A stretch of DNA of 64,000 bases from Burkholderiales bacterium. Lineage in GTDB: Bacteria > Pseudomonadota > Gammaproteobacteria > Burkholderiales > SG8-39. Each line of letters starts with the position of its first letter. Position 1 is the stretch's first letter. This document shows, piece by piece, positions 25,444-38,624 of the stretch. Location of the stretch: NCBI GenBank assembly GCA_050246035.1, contig JBFWWT010000009.1, positions 10,370-74,369 of the forward strand. Direction: 5' to 3'. The translations under genes and the position numbers were made by a program. A model generated the notes under the pieces. That model was not told the DNA's origin, searched no databases, and was given only the letters and a program-made list of their open reading frames with translations.

Positions 25444-26837
25444 AACCGGTCTGGATCGTCGACGACGACCGCTCCATCCGCTGGGTGTTCGAGAAAGCAC
25501 TCGAGCGCGAGGGCATCGCCTGCAGCTCCTTCGCCTCCGCCGAGGAGGCGATGGACGCGCTCGCCGGGGGGCCGCCGCAGGTGCTCGTGTCCGACATCCG
25601 CATGCCGGGCCCCTCGGGGCTGGAGCTGCTGCGCAAGGTGAAGCAGGAGCATCCCGCGGTCCCGGTAATCGTGATGACCGCCTACTCGGACCTCGAGTCC
25701 GCCGTCGCCGCGTTCCAGGGCGGCGCCTTCGAGTACCTGCCGAAGCCCTTCGACGTGGACCAGGCGGTGGACCTCATCCGGCGCGCGCTGGACGAGAGCC
25801 GGCGCGAGGAGGCGACCGGCGAGCCGCCGGTGGCGGCGCCCGAGATCCTCGGCCACGCGCCGGCGATGCAGGAGGTGTTCCGGGCCATCGGGCGGCTCGC
25901 GCAGTCGAGCGCGACCGTGCTGATCACGGGCGAGTCCGGCTCGGGCAAGGAGCTTGTCGCGCGCGCCCTGCACCGGCACGGTGCGCGCGCCGCGCGCGCG
26001 TTCGTCGCCATCAACACGGCGGCGATGCCGAAGGACCTGCTCGAGTCCGAGCTCTTCGGGCACGAGCGCGGCGCGTTCACCGGCGCGCAGCAGCAGCGCC
26101 GCGGCCGCTTCGAGCAGGCCGAGGGCGGCACGCTCTTTCTCGACGAGATCGGCGACATGCCCGCGGAGCTGCAGACGCGCCTGTTGCGCGTGCTCTCCGA
26201 CGGCACCTACTACCGCGTCGGCGGACACCAGCAGCTGAAGGCGAACGTGCGCGTGATCGCGGCCACGCACCAGGACCTGGAGGCGCGCGTGCGCGAGGGC
26301 GCGTTCCGCGAGGACCTCTATCACCGGCTGAACGTGATCCGCATCCGGCTGCCGTCGCTGCGCGAGCGGCGCGAGGACATTCCGCTGCTCGCGCGGCACT
26401 TCCTCGCACGCAGCGCGCGCGAGCTCGGCGTCGAGGCGAAGCGGCTCTCGGACGGCGCGCTGGAGCATCTGCAGCGGCTGGACTTTCCCGGCAACGTGCG
26501 CCAGCTCGAGAACCTGTGCCACTGGCTCACCGTGATGGCGCCCGGCCAGGTGGTCGAGGTGGGCGACCTGCCCGCGGAGTTTCGCGGGGCGCTCGCCGCG
26601 GCGGGCACGGGCGACTGGGTGGCGGCGCTCGAGCAGGAGGCCGAGCGACGCTTCACGCGCGGCGAGACCGGGATCCTGGAGGTGCTCTCGCGTCAGTTCG
26701 AGCGCAGCCTGATCCAGCGCGCGCTCGCGCGCACCGGCGGCCGGCGCATCGAGGCGGCGAGCCTCCTCGGCATGGGCCGCAACACCATCACGCGCAAGAT
26801 CCAGGAGCTCGGCATCGAGGCCGAGGACGAGAAGTAG
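25440..26837 (+). CDS. glnG: Nitrogen regulation response regulator NtrC (sigma54 activator)
   Basis: Receiver domain (DDDRSIRW, DIRMPG), AAA+ domain (GESGSGKE, GAFTGA) and Fis-type HTH. The ATG overlaps the ntrB stop. Confidence 0.95.
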   Translation: MKPVWIVDDDRSIRWVFEKALEREGIACSSFASAEEAMDALAGGPPQVLVSDIRMPGPSGLELLRKVKQEHPAVPVIVMTAYSDLESAVAAFQGGAFEYLPKPFDVDQAVDLIRRALDESRREEATGEPPVAAPEILGHAPAMQEVFRAIGRLAQSSATVLITGESGSGKELVARALHRHGARAARAFVAINTAAMPKDLLESELFGHERGAFTGAQQQRRGRFEQAEGGTLFLDEIGDMPAELQTRLLRVLSDGTYYRVGGHQQLKANVRVIAATHQDLEARVREGAFREDLYHRLNVIRIRLPSLRERREDIPLLARHFLARSARELGVEAKRLSDGALEHLQRLDFPGNVRQLENLCHWLTVMAPGQVVEVGDLPAEFRGALAAAGTGDWVAALEQEAERRFTRGETGILEVLSRQFERSLIQRALARTGGRRIEAASLLGMGRNTITRKIQELGIEAEDEK

Positions 26838-27896
26838 CTATTGCTTCGCGGCGCGGTTCTTCTCGAGCTGCGCGTCCACCAGCGCGACCACCTCGTCGAG
26901 CGCCGCGGAGCGCATGCCCTTCTGCGCGGCGATCGCCTTGACCAGCCGGTCGACGCGCTCGATGTTCGGCGCGCCGCCGTAAAGCGCGCGCGCGGCCGAG
27001 GACGGCCCGGTGAGGCCATTCGCGGCGGCCGCGTACTTCTCGAACGGCACGAGGTCCTTCGGCTCGGCGCCGAGCTTCGTGCACAGCTCGACGACCCACT
27101 CGTACACGGCGCGCGCGGCCCCGAGGTCGGAATGCACCGCGTCCTTGATCGCGCGGATGCCCGCCGGCGTGACGCAGCGGTAGTTGCCCGCCATCAGCAT
27201 CGCCCACTTGGCGAGCGGCACGAAGACGGACTCGTGCACCTTGAGCTTGACCGGCAGCGCCATGCCCTCGAAGCGCGAGGCCTCGATGTCGGCCTCCAGC
27301 CGGCGCAGGATCGCGGTGTGCGCGTCGGAAGCAAAGCGCGCCGACTTGAAGTTGGTCGGCAGCCGGACCTGCAGCACGTTCACCTTCTCATCGGGCGGCC
27401 GCGACGCCTGCGGGTCCGGGCTGCACAGCGTCATGCAGGCGGGGTCGAAGCTGTCCCACACCGAAGCATCGGTATAGCAGTCGCGGCAGGCGGCGGCGTC
27501 CACGCCCGGGATGCGCGCGAGGTAGGGCAGCGGCGGCATGTTCATGATCGACATGCAGGGCACTTTCGCCCTCGCCACCGCATCGAGCAGCTCGCGCACG
27601 CCGCTCGAGCGGTATTGCGGCTCCTGCATGGCGAGGGCGACCAGGTCGAAGTCCTTTGGGTTCACCCCTTCGGCGCCGCCGGCGACGAGCTTGCCGGGGA
27701 GCTTGCGCGAGTCGATTTCCACCAGGCCATCGCGACCCTTCACCGGCAAGCGCACGCGCGCGCCCTCGCGGTTCATCAGCTCGGCCTCCGCCGGCAGGCA
27801 GATCAGCTGCGCGTTGTGGCCGGCGAGCAGCAGCTTCGTGGCGAGCAGCGAGCCGTAAGAGGCGCCGAAAATCAGAATGTCGTAGGACTTCGCCAT
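26838..27896 (-). CDS. Conserved hypothetical protein, Rossmann-like N-terminus (ketopantoate-reductase-like fold suspected)
   Basis: ATG at 27896 (MAKSYDILIFGASYGSLLATKLLLAGH...). 352 aa with coding-like composition throughout. The function call is weak. Confidence 0.55.
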   Translation of the reverse strand: MAKSYDILIFGASYGSLLATKLLLAGHNAQLICLPAEAELMNREGARVRLPVKGRDGLVEIDSRKLPGKLVAGGAEGVNPKDFDLVALAMQEPQYRSSGVRELLDAVARAKVPCMSIMNMPPLPYLARIPGVDAAACRDCYTDASVWDSFDPACMTLCSPDPQASRPPDEKVNVLQVRLPTNFKSARFASDAHTAILRRLEADIEASRFEGMALPVKLKVHESVFVPLAKWAMLMAGNYRCVTPAGIRAIKDAVHSDLGAARAVYEWVVELCTKLGAEPKDLVPFEKYAAAANGLTGPSSAARALYGGAPNIERVDRLVKAIAAQKGMRSAALDEVVALVDAQLEKNRAAKQ

Positions 27897-28028
27897 GGCT
27901 GCACCTCCGGTCCGGACCGTCTCGCAATGTGAAACGGAAAATCGCCAATCGAAAAAAAGCCTACACCCATAAAGCTCGCTTTTCATGTTGCGACGCCACA
28001 TGGCGGTGCATAGAATCGGCCGCACCCT

Positions 28029-29624
<1,596 letters not shown>

Positions 29625-29996
29625 TCAGTCGATGCGCCATTCCCGGGCGCACTCGCGGCAGCACACCATCATGTCCCGGGAGGTCGCGCCCACCAGCCGG
29701 TAGCGGCCGTAGGTGCCGCACTTCGGGCAGGTCGAGCGCTCGGCGAGGCGCTGCGCGCGCAGCACCATGAAGAGATAGCGGGTGAGCGCGTACCACGCGA
29801 TCAGGCCGCCGGCGAACGCGATCACCAGCGGCAGCAGCGCGTCGGCGCCCATGCGGCGCAAGCTGAGCTCCTCGATCTCCGCAAGGGCAGCGAAGGCCGC
29901 CAGGATGCAAGCCGCGAGCCACGCGTGCGCGAGCAGCAGCTCGCGCTCGTACCACTTGCGGAAGCCGAGCTTGCCGATCGCGCCGGCCGGGCTCAT
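29625..29996 (-). CDS. Small membrane protein with C-terminal zinc-ribbon (hypothetical)
   Basis: ATG at 29996 overlaps the xthA stop (ATGA). Two predicted TM helices, then CPKCG...CCRECA. Confidence 0.6.
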   Translation of the reverse strand: MSPAGAIGKLGFRKWYERELLLAHAWLAACILAAFAALAEIEELSLRRMGADALLPLVIAFAGGLIAWYALTRYLFMVLRAQRLAERSTCPKCGTYGRYRLVGATSRDMMVCCRECAREWRID

Positions 29997-30772
29997 GCGG
30001 GCGATTCTGCGCCCAGCTCGGCGAGGACCGGCGCGTGGTCGGAAGGCCGCTCGAGCTTGCGCGGCGCCTTGTCGATGCGCGCGGCCGTGCAGCGGCGCGC
30101 AAGCGGCGCGGACAGCAGGACGTGGTCGATCCTCAGCCCGGCGTTGCGCCGGAAGCCCATCATGCGGTAGTCCCACCACGAAAACGACTTCTCCGGCTGC
30201 TCGAAGAGGCGAAAGCTGTCCTCGAGGCCGAGCGCGAGCAGGGCGCGCCACGCGGCGCGCTCGGGCTCGGACACGTGCACCTGGCCTTCCCAGGCCTTCG
30301 GGTCGTGCACGTCGCGGTCTTCCGGCGCGACGTTGAAGTCGCCGGCGACCGCGAGCGCCGGGTGCCGGCGCAGCTCGGCGGCGAGATAGTCCTTCAGCGC
30401 GGCGAACCAGCGCAGCTTGTAGTCGTACTTGTCGGAGCCCACCGCCTGGCCGTTCGGGCAGTAGACGCACACCACGCGCACGCCGAGCGCGGTGGCCGCG
30501 ATCACGCGCCGCTGCTCGTCCGCGAAATCCGGAATGCCCGCCACCGCGTTCTCGAGCGGCGCGCGCGACAGGAGCGCGACGCCGTTATAGGTCTTCTGGC
30601 CGCTCACCGCGCAGGCGTAGCCGGCGGCCTCGATCGCCTCGCGCGGGAAGGCCGCGTCCTCCGTCTTCAGCTCCTGCAGGCAGACGACGTCGGGGCGCTC
30701 GGCGGCAAGCCACTCGAGCAGCTGCGGCAGCCGCACCTTGACGGAATTGACGTTCCAGGACGCGAGCTTCAT
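29993..30772 (-). CDS. xthA: Exodeoxyribonuclease III
   Basis: [15 protein letters not shown]..., CLQELK and SDHAPV motifs. 259 aa. Confidence 0.9.
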   Translation of the reverse strand: MKLASWNVNSVKVRLPQLLEWLAAERPDVVCLQELKTEDAAFPREAIEAAGYACAVSGQKTYNGVALLSRAPLENAVAGIPDFADEQRRVIAATALGVRVVCVYCPNGQAVGSDKYDYKLRWFAALKDYLAAELRRHPALAVAGDFNVAPEDRDVHDPKAWEGQVHVSEPERAAWRALLALGLEDSFRLFEQPEKSFSWWDYRMMGFRRNAGLRIDHVLLSAPLARRCTAARIDKAPRKLERPSDHAPVLAELGAESPA

Positions 30773-30790
30773 GCCGCGTGCGGCGGCGCG

Positions 30791-31369
30791 CTAGCGCGGC
30801 GCGTACGGGCCCTTCGGCTCGTCGGGCTCCTCGGCGGACGCGTCCTCCGCCGGCGCGGCCGACGCCGGCGCGGCCTGCGGCGCGGGCGCGGACTGGCTGC
30901 GCGGCGGGAGGATGCCGGTCGCCGGATAGCCCGCGCTGTCGAGCAGCCCGTGATAGGCGCCGCTCTCGAAGCCTTTCTGCACGCGCGTGCCGACGCGCAC
31001 CGTGGGCACCGAGAGGCCGCCGGCCACCTGCTGGAGCTCGGCCTGCTGCTGCTCGTCGACGACGCTCACCTCGCGAAAGGGCACGCCGCGCTTGTTGAGC
31101 AGGGCGCGCGCCTCGCCGCAGGGGGCGCAATCGGGCGCCGTAAAGAGCGTGACGGGATAGTCCTTCGCGGCGCGCTGCAGGGCAAAGGGCAATGGCGCGC
31201 TCGCCGCCTCGCCGTAGCCGGCTGCGGGCCGGCTTTGCACGTTCTTCGCGGTGCGCGGCGGGGGCGTGTCGGTGATGTGCACGCGGCCGCGCTCGTCGGT
31301 CCAGCGGTACATCTGCGCGCTCGCGGCGGCGGCGGCGCCGAGCAGCGCGGCGAGGATCAAGAGTCGCAC
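30791..31369 (-). CDS. DUF4124 / glutaredoxin-family fusion protein, exported
   Basis: GTG at 31369 ([18 protein letters not shown]). MYRWTDERGRVHITD (DUF4124-like), then VTLFTAPDCAPCGEARALL (CxxC thioredoxin fold) and a Pro/Ala/Glu tail. Confidence 0.7.
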   Translation of the reverse strand: MRLLILAALLGAAAAASAQMYRWTDERGRVHITDTPPPRTAKNVQSRPAAGYGEAASAPLPFALQRAAKDYPVTLFTAPDCAPCGEARALLNKRGVPFREVSVVDEQQQAELQQVAGGLSVPTVRVGTRVQKGFESGAYHGLLDSAGYPATGILPPRSQSAPAPQAAPASAAPAEDASAEEPDEPKGPYAPR

Positions 31370-33414
31370 GAGGCGGCCTCCGGTTGCGCGGTCGCGGCGA
31401 TCATACCACTGTGCCGCAGCAGCGCCTCGACGCGCGGCTCGCGCCCGCGGAAGGCGCGGAAGGAATCCTGCGCCGGGCGGCTGCCGCCCACCGCGAGGAT
31501 TTCGTCGCGAAAGCGCGCGCCGGTGCGCGGGTCGGCGATCTCGGGCGCTTCCTCGAACGCGCCGTAGGCGTCCGCCGAGAGCACCTCGGCCCACTTGTAG
31601 CTGTAGTAGCCCGCGGCGTAGCCCCCGGCGAAGATGTGCGCGAAGCTGTTGGGGAACCGGTTGTACGCGGGCGGCACGAGCACGGCGACGCTCGCGCGCA
31701 CCTCCTGCAGGAGCTCGAGCGCGCTGCGGCGCGAAGCCGGGTCGTAGTCGTGGTGCAGCCGCATGTCGAAGACCGAGAACTCGATCTGCCGCAGCATCTG
31801 CAGTCCCGACTGGAAGTTCTTCGCCGCGAGCATCTTCTCGTAGAGCGCGCGCGGCAGCGGCTCGCCCGCGTCCACGTGCCGCGTCATGTCCTTCAGCACG
31901 TCCCAGGTCCAGGCGAAGTTCTCCATGAACTGGCTGGGCAGCTCGACCGCGTCCCACTCGACGCCGGCGAGCCCCGAGACGCCGAGCTCGTCCACGCGCG
32001 TGAGCAGGTGGTGCAGGCAGTGGCCGAACTCGTGGAAGAGCGTCAGCACGTCGTCGTGCGTGAGCAGCGCCGGCTTGCCGCCCACCGGGCGGGCGAAATT
32101 GCAGTTGAGATAGGCCACCGGCGTCTGCAGCCCGGCGCCGCGGCGCCGCCGCGCGCGCGCATCGTCCATCCACGCGCCGCCGCGCTTGGTCTCGCGCGCG
32201 TAGAGATCGGTGTAGAACTGCCCGACCAGGGCGCCGCTCGCGGCATCGCGCAGCTCGAAGAAGCGCGCGTCCTCGTGCCAGACGGGCGCCGAGGCCAGCG
32301 CGATGCGCACGCCGTAGAGCCGCTCGGCCAGGCGGAACAATCCCGCGAGCACGGCGTCCTCCGGGAAGTACTGCTTCACCGCCTGGTCGGAGAAGGCGTA
32401 GCGCTGCTCGCGCAGCTTCTCGGAAGCGAAGCCGACGTCCCAGGCCTCGAGCCGCGCAAGGCCGAGCTCGTCGCGCGCGAACGCGCGCAGCTCGGCGAGG
32501 TCGCGCTCGGCGTGCGGGCGCGCGCGCAGCGCGAGGTCCTCGAGGAAGCCGAGCACCTGCGTGGGCGAGTCCGCCATCTTCGGCACGAGCGACACCTCGG
32601 CGTAGCTCGCGTAGCCGAGCAGGCGCGCCGCCTCGTGGCGCAGCTGCAGGATGCGCTCGATGACCGGCGTGTTGTCCAGGCGGGGCTCGCCGAACTCGGC
32701 GGCGCGCGTGGCGCTCGCGCGGTACATCTCCTCGCGCAGCGCCCGGTCCTCGGCGTACTGCATGACCGGCAGGTACGAGGGCATGTGCAGCGTGAACTTC
32801 CAGCCGCCCTCGGGCTGGCGCGCGGCCTCCCGGGCGTCGTCCGGAATGCCGGCCAGGCGGCGCTCGTCCTCGATGCGCAGCGTCCACGCGTTGGTCGCAT
32901 CGAGCAGGTTCTGCTCGAACTTCGCCCCGAGACGCGCGAGCTCGTCCTGGATGGACGCGTAGCGCACCTTCGGCTCCGCGGCGAGCTCCGCGCCGCCGAG
33001 ACGAAAATCGCGCAAGGCGTTCTCGACGACGCGCCGGCGCTCGGCGGATAGCGACGCGAAGGCGCCGGAGGCGCGCAGCGCCCGGTAGCGCTCGAAGAGC
33101 CGCTGGTTCTGGCCGAGCTCGGTCCAGTACTGGGTGACCTTGGGCAGGTTCTCGTTGTACGCGGCGCGCAGCTCGGGACTGTCCAGTACCGCGTGGAGGT
33201 GCGCCACCAGACCCCAGGCGCGGCCGAGCCGCTCGTTGGCGTCCTCGAGCGGCGTGACGAACTCGTCCCAGGCGGGGCGCGCGCCTTCCGTCGCGGCGAC
33301 GGCCGCGCGCGCTTCGGCCAGCAGCGTGTCGATTGCGGGCGCGACGTGCTCGGGCCGGATGTCCGCGAAGCGCGGCAGTCCGGAGAAATCCAGCAACGGG
33401 TTACTCAAGGGCAA
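31357..33414 (-). CDS. prlC: Oligopeptidase A (M3 family)
   Basis: 685 aa. Zinc motif [12 protein letters not shown] start. Confidence 0.9.
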   Translation of the reverse strand: MPLSNPLLDFSGLPRFADIRPEHVAPAIDTLLAEARAAVAATEGARPAWDEFVTPLEDANERLGRAWGLVAHLHAVLDSPELRAAYNENLPKVTQYWTELGQNQRLFERYRALRASGAFASLSAERRRVVENALRDFRLGGAELAAEPKVRYASIQDELARLGAKFEQNLLDATNAWTLRIEDERRLAGIPDDAREAARQPEGGWKFTLHMPSYLPVMQYAEDRALREEMYRASATRAAEFGEPRLDNTPVIERILQLRHEAARLLGYASYAEVSLVPKMADSPTQVLGFLEDLALRARPHAERDLAELRAFARDELGLARLEAWDVGFASEKLREQRYAFSDQAVKQYFPEDAVLAGLFRLAERLYGVRIALASAPVWHEDARFFELRDAASGALVGQFYTDLYARETKRGGAWMDDARARRRRGAGLQTPVAYLNCNFARPVGGKPALLTHDDVLTLFHEFGHCLHHLLTRVDELGVSGLAGVEWDAVELPSQFMENFAWTWDVLKDMTRHVDAGEPLPRALYEKMLAAKNFQSGLQMLRQIEFSVFDMRLHHDYDPASRRSALELLQEVRASVAVLVPPAYNRFPNSFAHIFAGGYAAGYYSYKWAEVLSADAYGAFEEAPEIADPRTGARFRDEILAVGGSRPAQDSFRAFRGREPRVEALLRHSGMIAATAQPEAASCDS

Positions 33415-34252
33415 GCTCCGCGGCGCGCACCGTGTTGGCGACGAGCATGGCGACGGTCATCGGCCCGACGCCGCCCGGCACCGGCGAGATCCATCCGGCG
33501 ACGCTCTTGACGGCGTCGAAATCCACGTCGCCGACCAGCTTGCCGTCCGGCCCGCGGTGAATGCCCACGTCGATGACGCAGGCTCCCGGCTTGACCATGT
33601 CCGCGCCGACCAGGCGCGCCTTGCCGGCCGCGGCGACCAGCACATCGGCGCTGCGCGCCAGCTCCGCCAGATGCGTGGTCCTCGAGTGGCAGATGGTGAC
33701 GGTGGCGTCCTTTTGCAAGAGCAGGAGGGCCATCGGCTTGCCGACGATGTTGGAGCGGCCGATGACCACCGCGTGGCGGCCGGCGAGCGGCACGCCGGCG
33801 TGCTCGAGCATGCGCATGACGCCGGCCGGCGTGCACGGCGCGAAGCGCGGCGCGCCGCGCACCAGGCGCCCGAGATTGTCCGCGTGGAAGCCGTCCACGT
33901 CCTTGGCGGGCGAGACCGCCGCGAGCACGCGCTCGGGGTCGAGGTGCGCGGGCAGCGGCATCTGCACAAGGATGCCGTGCACGCGCGGATCGTCGTTCAG
34001 CGCCGCGATGCGCTCGAGCAGCGCCGCCTCGCTGACCTGCGCGGGAAAGGCGTGCTGCTCGGAGCGCACGCCGGTTTCCTCGCAGGCGCGCACCTTGTTT
34101 CGCACGTAGACCTGCGAGGCCGGGTCGTCGCCGGCGACGACCGCTGCGAGGCCCGGGCGCGCGCCGCGCGCCGCAAGCGCCTCGACCGCGGGCTTGAGCG
34201 CGGCGCGCACCTGCGCGGCGAGCGCCTTGCCGTCAATGATTCTGCCAGTCAT
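33401..34252 (-). CDS. folD: Bifunctional methylenetetrahydrofolate dehydrogenase/cyclohydrolase
   Basis: ATG at 34252 ([15 protein letters not shown]...). YVRNK and PGGVGPMT motifs. Confidence 0.9.
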   Translation of the reverse strand: MTGRIIDGKALAAQVRAALKPAVEALAARGARPGLAAVVAGDDPASQVYVRNKVRACEETGVRSEQHAFPAQVSEAALLERIAALNDDPRVHGILVQMPLPAHLDPERVLAAVSPAKDVDGFHADNLGRLVRGAPRFAPCTPAGVMRMLEHAGVPLAGRHAVVIGRSNIVGKPMALLLLQKDATVTICHSRTTHLAELARSADVLVAAAGKARLVGADMVKPGACVIDVGIHRGPDGKLVGDVDFDAVKSVAGWISPVPGGVGPMTVAMLVANTVRAAELALE

Positions 34253-34311
34253 GTGTTGCATAATACGACGACCCAACGACGTATCCCGAAAGCCACAAGC
34301 TGGAGGAATGC

Positions 34312-37002
34312 ATGTCCGCCGTTCCGCAACACCCCGCCGCGAACGACAGCGACACCCTGGAAACCCAGGAGTGGCTCGACGCGCTGGAGACCGTGCTCGA
34401 GCGCGAAGGGCCCGAGCGCGCGCATTTCCTGCTCGAGCGCCTCGTGGAGAAGGCGCGCATGAGCGGCGCCTACATCCCGTTCTCGCCGTACACGCCGTAC
34501 GTCAACACGATCCCGCCGCACCTCGAAGAGCGCTCGCCCGGCGACCACGCGCTCGAGGAGCGCATCCGCTCCTACTGCCGCTGGAACGCGATGGTGATGG
34601 TGGCCCGGGCGAACAAGTCCGACGACGAGCTCGGCGGCCACATCGCGAGCTTCGCGTCGGTGGGCACGCTGTTCGGCATCGGCCAGAACCACTTCTGGCA
34701 CGCCCCGCACGAGGGCCATGGCGGCGACCTGATCTACTGGCAGGGACACTCATCGCCGGGCATCTACGCGCGCGGGCTGCTCGAAGGGCGCCTCTCGCAG
34801 GAGCAGCTGCTCAACTTCCGCCGCGAGGTGGACGGCAAGGGCGTGTCGTCGTATCCGCACCCGTGGCTGATGCCGGACTACTGGCAGTTTCCGACCGTGT
34901 CGATGGGACTCGGCCCGATCCAGGCGATCTACATGGCGAGGTACCTCAAGTACCTGCACGCGCGCGGGCTCGCCGACACCGCCAACCGCAAGGTGTGGGT
35001 GTTCTGCGGCGACGGCGAGATGGACGAGCCCGAGTCGCTCGGCGCCATCGGGCTCGCCTCGCGCGAGAGGCTCGACAACCTGATCTTCATCGTCAACTGC
35101 AACCTGCAGCGCCTGGACGGCCCGGTGCGCGGCAACGGCAAGATCATCCAGGAGCTCGAGGGCGACTTCCGCGGCGCGGGCTGGAACGTGATCAAGGTGA
35201 TCTGGGGATCGTACTGGGACCCGCTGTTCGCGCGCGACAAGGACGGGGCGCTGCTGCGCGTCATGGAGGAGACGGTCGACGGCGAGTACCAGAACTACAA
35301 GGCGAACGACGGCGCCTTCGTGAGGAAGCACTTCTTCGGCAAGGATCCGAAGGCGCTGGAGCTCGTCTCGCGCATGACCGACGAGGACGTCTGGCGCCTG
35401 AACCGCGGCGGGCACGATCCGCACAAGATCTACGCGGCGTACGCGGCGGCGACCCGGCACAAGGGCCAGCCGACGGTGATCCTCGCCAAGACCATCAAGG
35501 GCTACGGGCTGGGCAAGCAGGGGCAGGCGAAGAACCCGACCCACCAGCTGAAGAAGGTCGACACCTCCACCATCAAGGAGATGCGCGATCGCTTCAACAT
35601 CCCGATTCCCGACGACCGGCTGGCCGAGCTGCCCTTCTACATCCCGGCGCCCGATTCGCCGGAGATGCGCTATCTGCACGAGCGCCGCAAGAGCCTCGGC
35701 GGCTTCCTGCCGCAGCGCCGGCAGAAGGCCGACAGCGCGCCGGCGGTGCCGCCGCTCTCGGCGTTCGAGGCGGTCTTGAAGGGCTCGGGCGAGGGCCGCG
35801 AGATCTCCACCACGATGGCGTTCGTGCGCGTGCTCACCGCGCTGGTGCGCGACAAGGAGATCGGCAAGCGCATCGTGCCGATCGTGCCCGACGAGGCGCG
35901 CACCTTCGGCATGGAGGGCATGTTCCGGCAGCTCGGCATCTTCGCGCCCGAAGGGCAGAAGTACGAGCCGGTGGACCGCGACCAGGTGATGTACTACCGC
36001 GAGGACAAGGCGGGGCAGATCCTCGAGGAAGGCATCAACGAGGCCGGGGCGTTCTCGTCCTGGATCTCGGCGGCCACCTCGTACAGCCATTCGAACGTGG
36101 TGACGATTCCCTTCTTCATCTTCTACTCGATGTTCGGCTTCCAGCGCGTCGGCGACCTCGCCTGGGCGGCCGGCGACCAGCGCGCGCGGGGCTTCCTCCT
36201 CGGCGCGACCGCAGGGCGCACCACGCTGAACGGCGAGGGCCTGCAGCACGAGGACGGCCACTCGCACATCCTGTCTTCCGTCATCCCGAACTGCGTGTCC
36301 TACGACCCGACCTACGGCTACGAGCTCGCCGTGATCGTGCACGACGGCCTGCGCCGCATGGTGGAGAAACAGGAGGACGTCTTCTACTACCTCACGGTGA
36401 TGAACGAGAACTACGAGCACCCGGCCATGCCGGAGGGCGCCGAGGAGGGCATCCTCAAGGGCATGTACCTGCTGCGCGAGTCCGGATCGAAGGCGAAGGC
36501 GCGCGTGCAGCTCATGGGCTCGGGCACCATCCTGCGCGAGGTGGAGGCCGCCGCCGAGCTGCTGGAGAAAGACTGGGGCGTGGCCGCCGACGTCTGGAGC
36601 GCGACGAGCTTCACCGAGCTGCGTCGCGACGGGCTCGCGGCAGAGCGCTGGAACCTGCTGCACCCGGAGGCGAAGCCGCGCGTGCCCTACGTCGCGCAGA
36701 TGCTCGCGAAGCGCCCCGCCGGCCCCGTGATCGCGGCGAGCGACTACGTCAAGACGTTCGCCGATCAGATCCGGGCGTTCGTGCCGAAGGAGCGCGCCTA
36801 CCGCGTGCTCGGCACCGACGGCTACGGGCGGTCGGATTCGCGCGCGAAGCTGCGGCACTTCTTCGAGGTAAACCGCTACTTCGTCGTCCTGGCGGCGCTG
36901 CAGGCGCTCGCCGAGCAGGGCGAGGGCAAGGCGAAGCGCGTGGCCGAGGCCATCAAGAAGTACGGCATCGATGCCGACAAGCCGGATCCGAGCACGGTAT
37001 GA
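34312..37002 (+). CDS. aceE: Pyruvate dehydrogenase E1 component
   Basis: 896 aa, homodimeric-type E1 ([12 protein letters not shown]..., [10 protein letters not shown]). Confidence 0.95.
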   Translation: MSAVPQHPAANDSDTLETQEWLDALETVLEREGPERAHFLLERLVEKARMSGAYIPFSPYTPYVNTIPPHLEERSPGDHALEERIRSYCRWNAMVMVARANKSDDELGGHIASFASVGTLFGIGQNHFWHAPHEGHGGDLIYWQGHSSPGIYARGLLEGRLSQEQLLNFRREVDGKGVSSYPHPWLMPDYWQFPTVSMGLGPIQAIYMARYLKYLHARGLADTANRKVWVFCGDGEMDEPESLGAIGLASRERLDNLIFIVNCNLQRLDGPVRGNGKIIQELEGDFRGAGWNVIKVIWGSYWDPLFARDKDGALLRVMEETVDGEYQNYKANDGAFVRKHFFGKDPKALELVSRMTDEDVWRLNRGGHDPHKIYAAYAAATRHKGQPTVILAKTIKGYGLGKQGQAKNPTHQLKKVDTSTIKEMRDRFNIPIPDDRLAELPFYIPAPDSPEMRYLHERRKSLGGFLPQRRQKADSAPAVPPLSAFEAVLKGSGEGREISTTMAFVRVLTALVRDKEIGKRIVPIVPDEARTFGMEGMFRQLGIFAPEGQKYEPVDRDQVMYYREDKAGQILEEGINEAGAFSSWISAATSYSHSNVVTIPFFIFYSMFGFQRVGDLAWAAGDQRARGFLLGATAGRTTLNGEGLQHEDGHSHILSSVIPNCVSYDPTYGYELAVIVHDGLRRMVEKQEDVFYYLTVMNENYEHPAMPEGAEEGILKGMYLLRESGSKAKARVQLMGSGTILREVEAAAELLEKDWGVAADVWSATSFTELRRDGLAAERWNLLHPEAKPRVPYVAQMLAKRPAGPVIAASDYVKTFADQIRAFVPKERAYRVLGTDGYGRSDSRAKLRHFFEVNRYFVVLAALQALAEQGEGKAKRVAEAIKKYGIDADKPDPSTV

Positions 37003-37572
37003 GGGAAGTCAGCGTCCCGGACATCGGGGATTTCAAGGAAGTCGAGGTGATCGAGGTGCTGGTGAAGGCCGGCGACGCGATCGCGCCCGAGCAGTCGCTC
37101 ATCACGGTCGAATCCGACAAGGCGACCATGGAGATCCCGGCGCCCGGCGCCGGCGTGGTGCGGGAGATGCGCGTCAAGGTGGGCGACAAGGTCTCGCAGG
37201 GCACGCCGATCCTCGTGCTCGAGGAGGGCGAGGCGCCTGCGGCGGCTCCGGCGAAGGCCGAGCCGAGGAAAGCCGAGGCCCCGACGCCTGAGCCGGCCAA
37301 GCGCGAGCCGGCGAGGCCTGAGCCGCAAGAGCCGGCCGCCGCCGGGCCGATGACGGTGAAAGTGCCCGACATCGGCGACTTCAAGGACGTGTCGGTGATC
37401 GAGGTGCTGGTGAAGCCCGGCGATGCCGTGACGGCCGAGCAGTCGCTCATCACCGTGGAGTCCGACAAGGCGACGATGGAGATACCCTCGCCCGCGGCCG
37501 GCAGGGTGACGTCGCTCAATCTGAAAGTGGGCGACAAGGTCTCCGAGGGCTCGCCGATCCTCGTGCTCGATG
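36999..37572 (+). repeat. Tandem duplicated lipoyl-domain modules inside aceF
   Basis: About 220-nt blocks starting near 37008 and 37353 are visibly similar at DNA level (e.g. GTGATCGAGGTGCTGGTGAAG..GAGCAGTCGCTCATCAC). They are separated by an Ala/Pro/Glu linker. Confidence 0.85.
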
Positions 37573-38624
37573 CGGCGTCCGCGGGTGCGGCGGCCGCACC
37601 CGCGCCGCAGGCCAAGCGCGAGGAGGCGCCCGCGGCTGCCGCGTCGCCCTCCGTGCCGCTGCAGCGCCCGCCCGTGCCGCCCGAGCCGCGCGAGGCCGTG
37701 CAGGCCAAGCCTCACGCGAGCCCTTCGGTGCGCAAGTTCGCGCGCGAGCTCGGCGTCGATCTCGCGCGCGTAAAGGGCAGCGGCGACAAGGGGCGCATCC
37801 TGCACGCCGACGTGCAGGCGTTCGTGAAAGGGGCGCTCGCGGCGGTGCCTGCGGGCGCGCCGGCCGCGAAGGGCGGCGGCCTGCCGTTCAACCTGCCCGC
37901 CTGGCCCGAGGTGGACTTCGCCAAGTTCGGCCCGGTGGAGACGAAGCCGCTCACGCGCCTGCAGAAGCTCTCGGGCCCGAACCTGCACCGCAACTGGGTC
38001 TCGATCCCGCACGTCACGCAGTTCGACGAGGCCGACATCACCGAGCTCGAGGCGTTCCGCAAGTCGAACTCGGCGGAGACGGAGAAGCAGGGATTCAAGC
38101 TCACCATGCTCGCCTTCCTCATCAAGGCCTGCGTCACCGCGCTGCGGCAGCATCCGGTGTTCAACGCGAGCCTGGATCGCGGCGGCGAGAGCCTGGTGAT
38201 CAAGAAGTACTACAACATCGGCGTCGCGGTGGACACGCCCGAGGGCCTGGTGGTGCCGGTGGTGCGCGATGCCGACCGCAAGGGCGTGTTCGACGTGGCC
38301 AAGGAACTCTCCGAGATCTCGAAGGCCGCGCGCGACAAGAAGCTGCGCCCCGGGGACATGCAGGGCGGCACGTTCTCGATCTCGAGCCTCGGCGGCATCG
38401 GCGGCACGGCGTTCACGCCGATCATCAATGCGCCGGAAGTGGCGATCCTCGGCGTATCCCGCGCGGTGCTGCGGCCGGTGTGGAACGGCAAGGAGTTCGC
38501 GCCGCGCCTGATGCTGCCCCTGTCGCTCGCCTACGATCACCGCGTGATCGACGGGGCGGCCGGCGCGCGCTTCACCTCCTACCTCGCGAGCGTGCTCGCG
38601 GACATCCGCCGGTCGCTGCTGTAG
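36999..38624 (+). CDS. aceF: Dihydrolipoamide acetyltransferase E2, two lipoyl domains
   Basis: The ATG overlaps the aceE stop. Two [10 protein letters not shown] lipoyl-lysine motifs, an E3-binding domain and catalytic DHRVIDG. Confidence 0.95.
   Translation: MREVSVPDIGDFKEVEVIEVLVKAGDAIAPEQSLITVESDKATMEIPAPGAGVVREMRVKVGDKVSQGTPILVLEEGEAPAAAPAKAEPRKAEAPTPEPAKREPARPEPQEPAAAGPMTVKVPDIGDFKDVSVIEVLVKPGDAVTAEQSLITVESDKATMEIPSPAAGRVTSLNLKVGDKVSEGSPILVLDAASAGAAAAPAPQAKREEAPAAAASPSVPLQRPPVPPEPREAVQAKPHASPSVRKFARELGVDLARVKGSGDKGRILHADVQAFVKGALAAVPAGAPAAKGGGLPFNLPAWPEVDFAKFGPVETKPLTRLQKLSGPNLHRNWVSIPHVTQFDEADITELEAFRKSNSAETEKQGFKLTMLAFLIKACVTALRQHPVFNASLDRGGESLVIKKYYNIGVAVDTPEGLVVPVVRDADRKGVFDVAKELSEISKAARDKKLRPGDMQGGTFSISSLGGIGGTAFTPIINAPEVAILGVSRAVLRPVWNGKEFAPRLMLPLSLAYDHRVIDGAAGARFTSYLASVLADIRRSLL

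Noticed and set aside
27897-28028. Possible IclR-type or other operator in the aceB divergent promoter (GCCACATGGC and an A-rich tract).
   Set aside because: Only 4-bp arms are truly complementary, and I could verify no known consensus by eye.
34194-38624. A 1476-aa plus-strand ORF spanning folD, aceE and aceF.
   Set aside because: Upstream of 36999 it runs out of frame over aceE and has low-complexity composition. Only the aceF part (36999-38624) is real.
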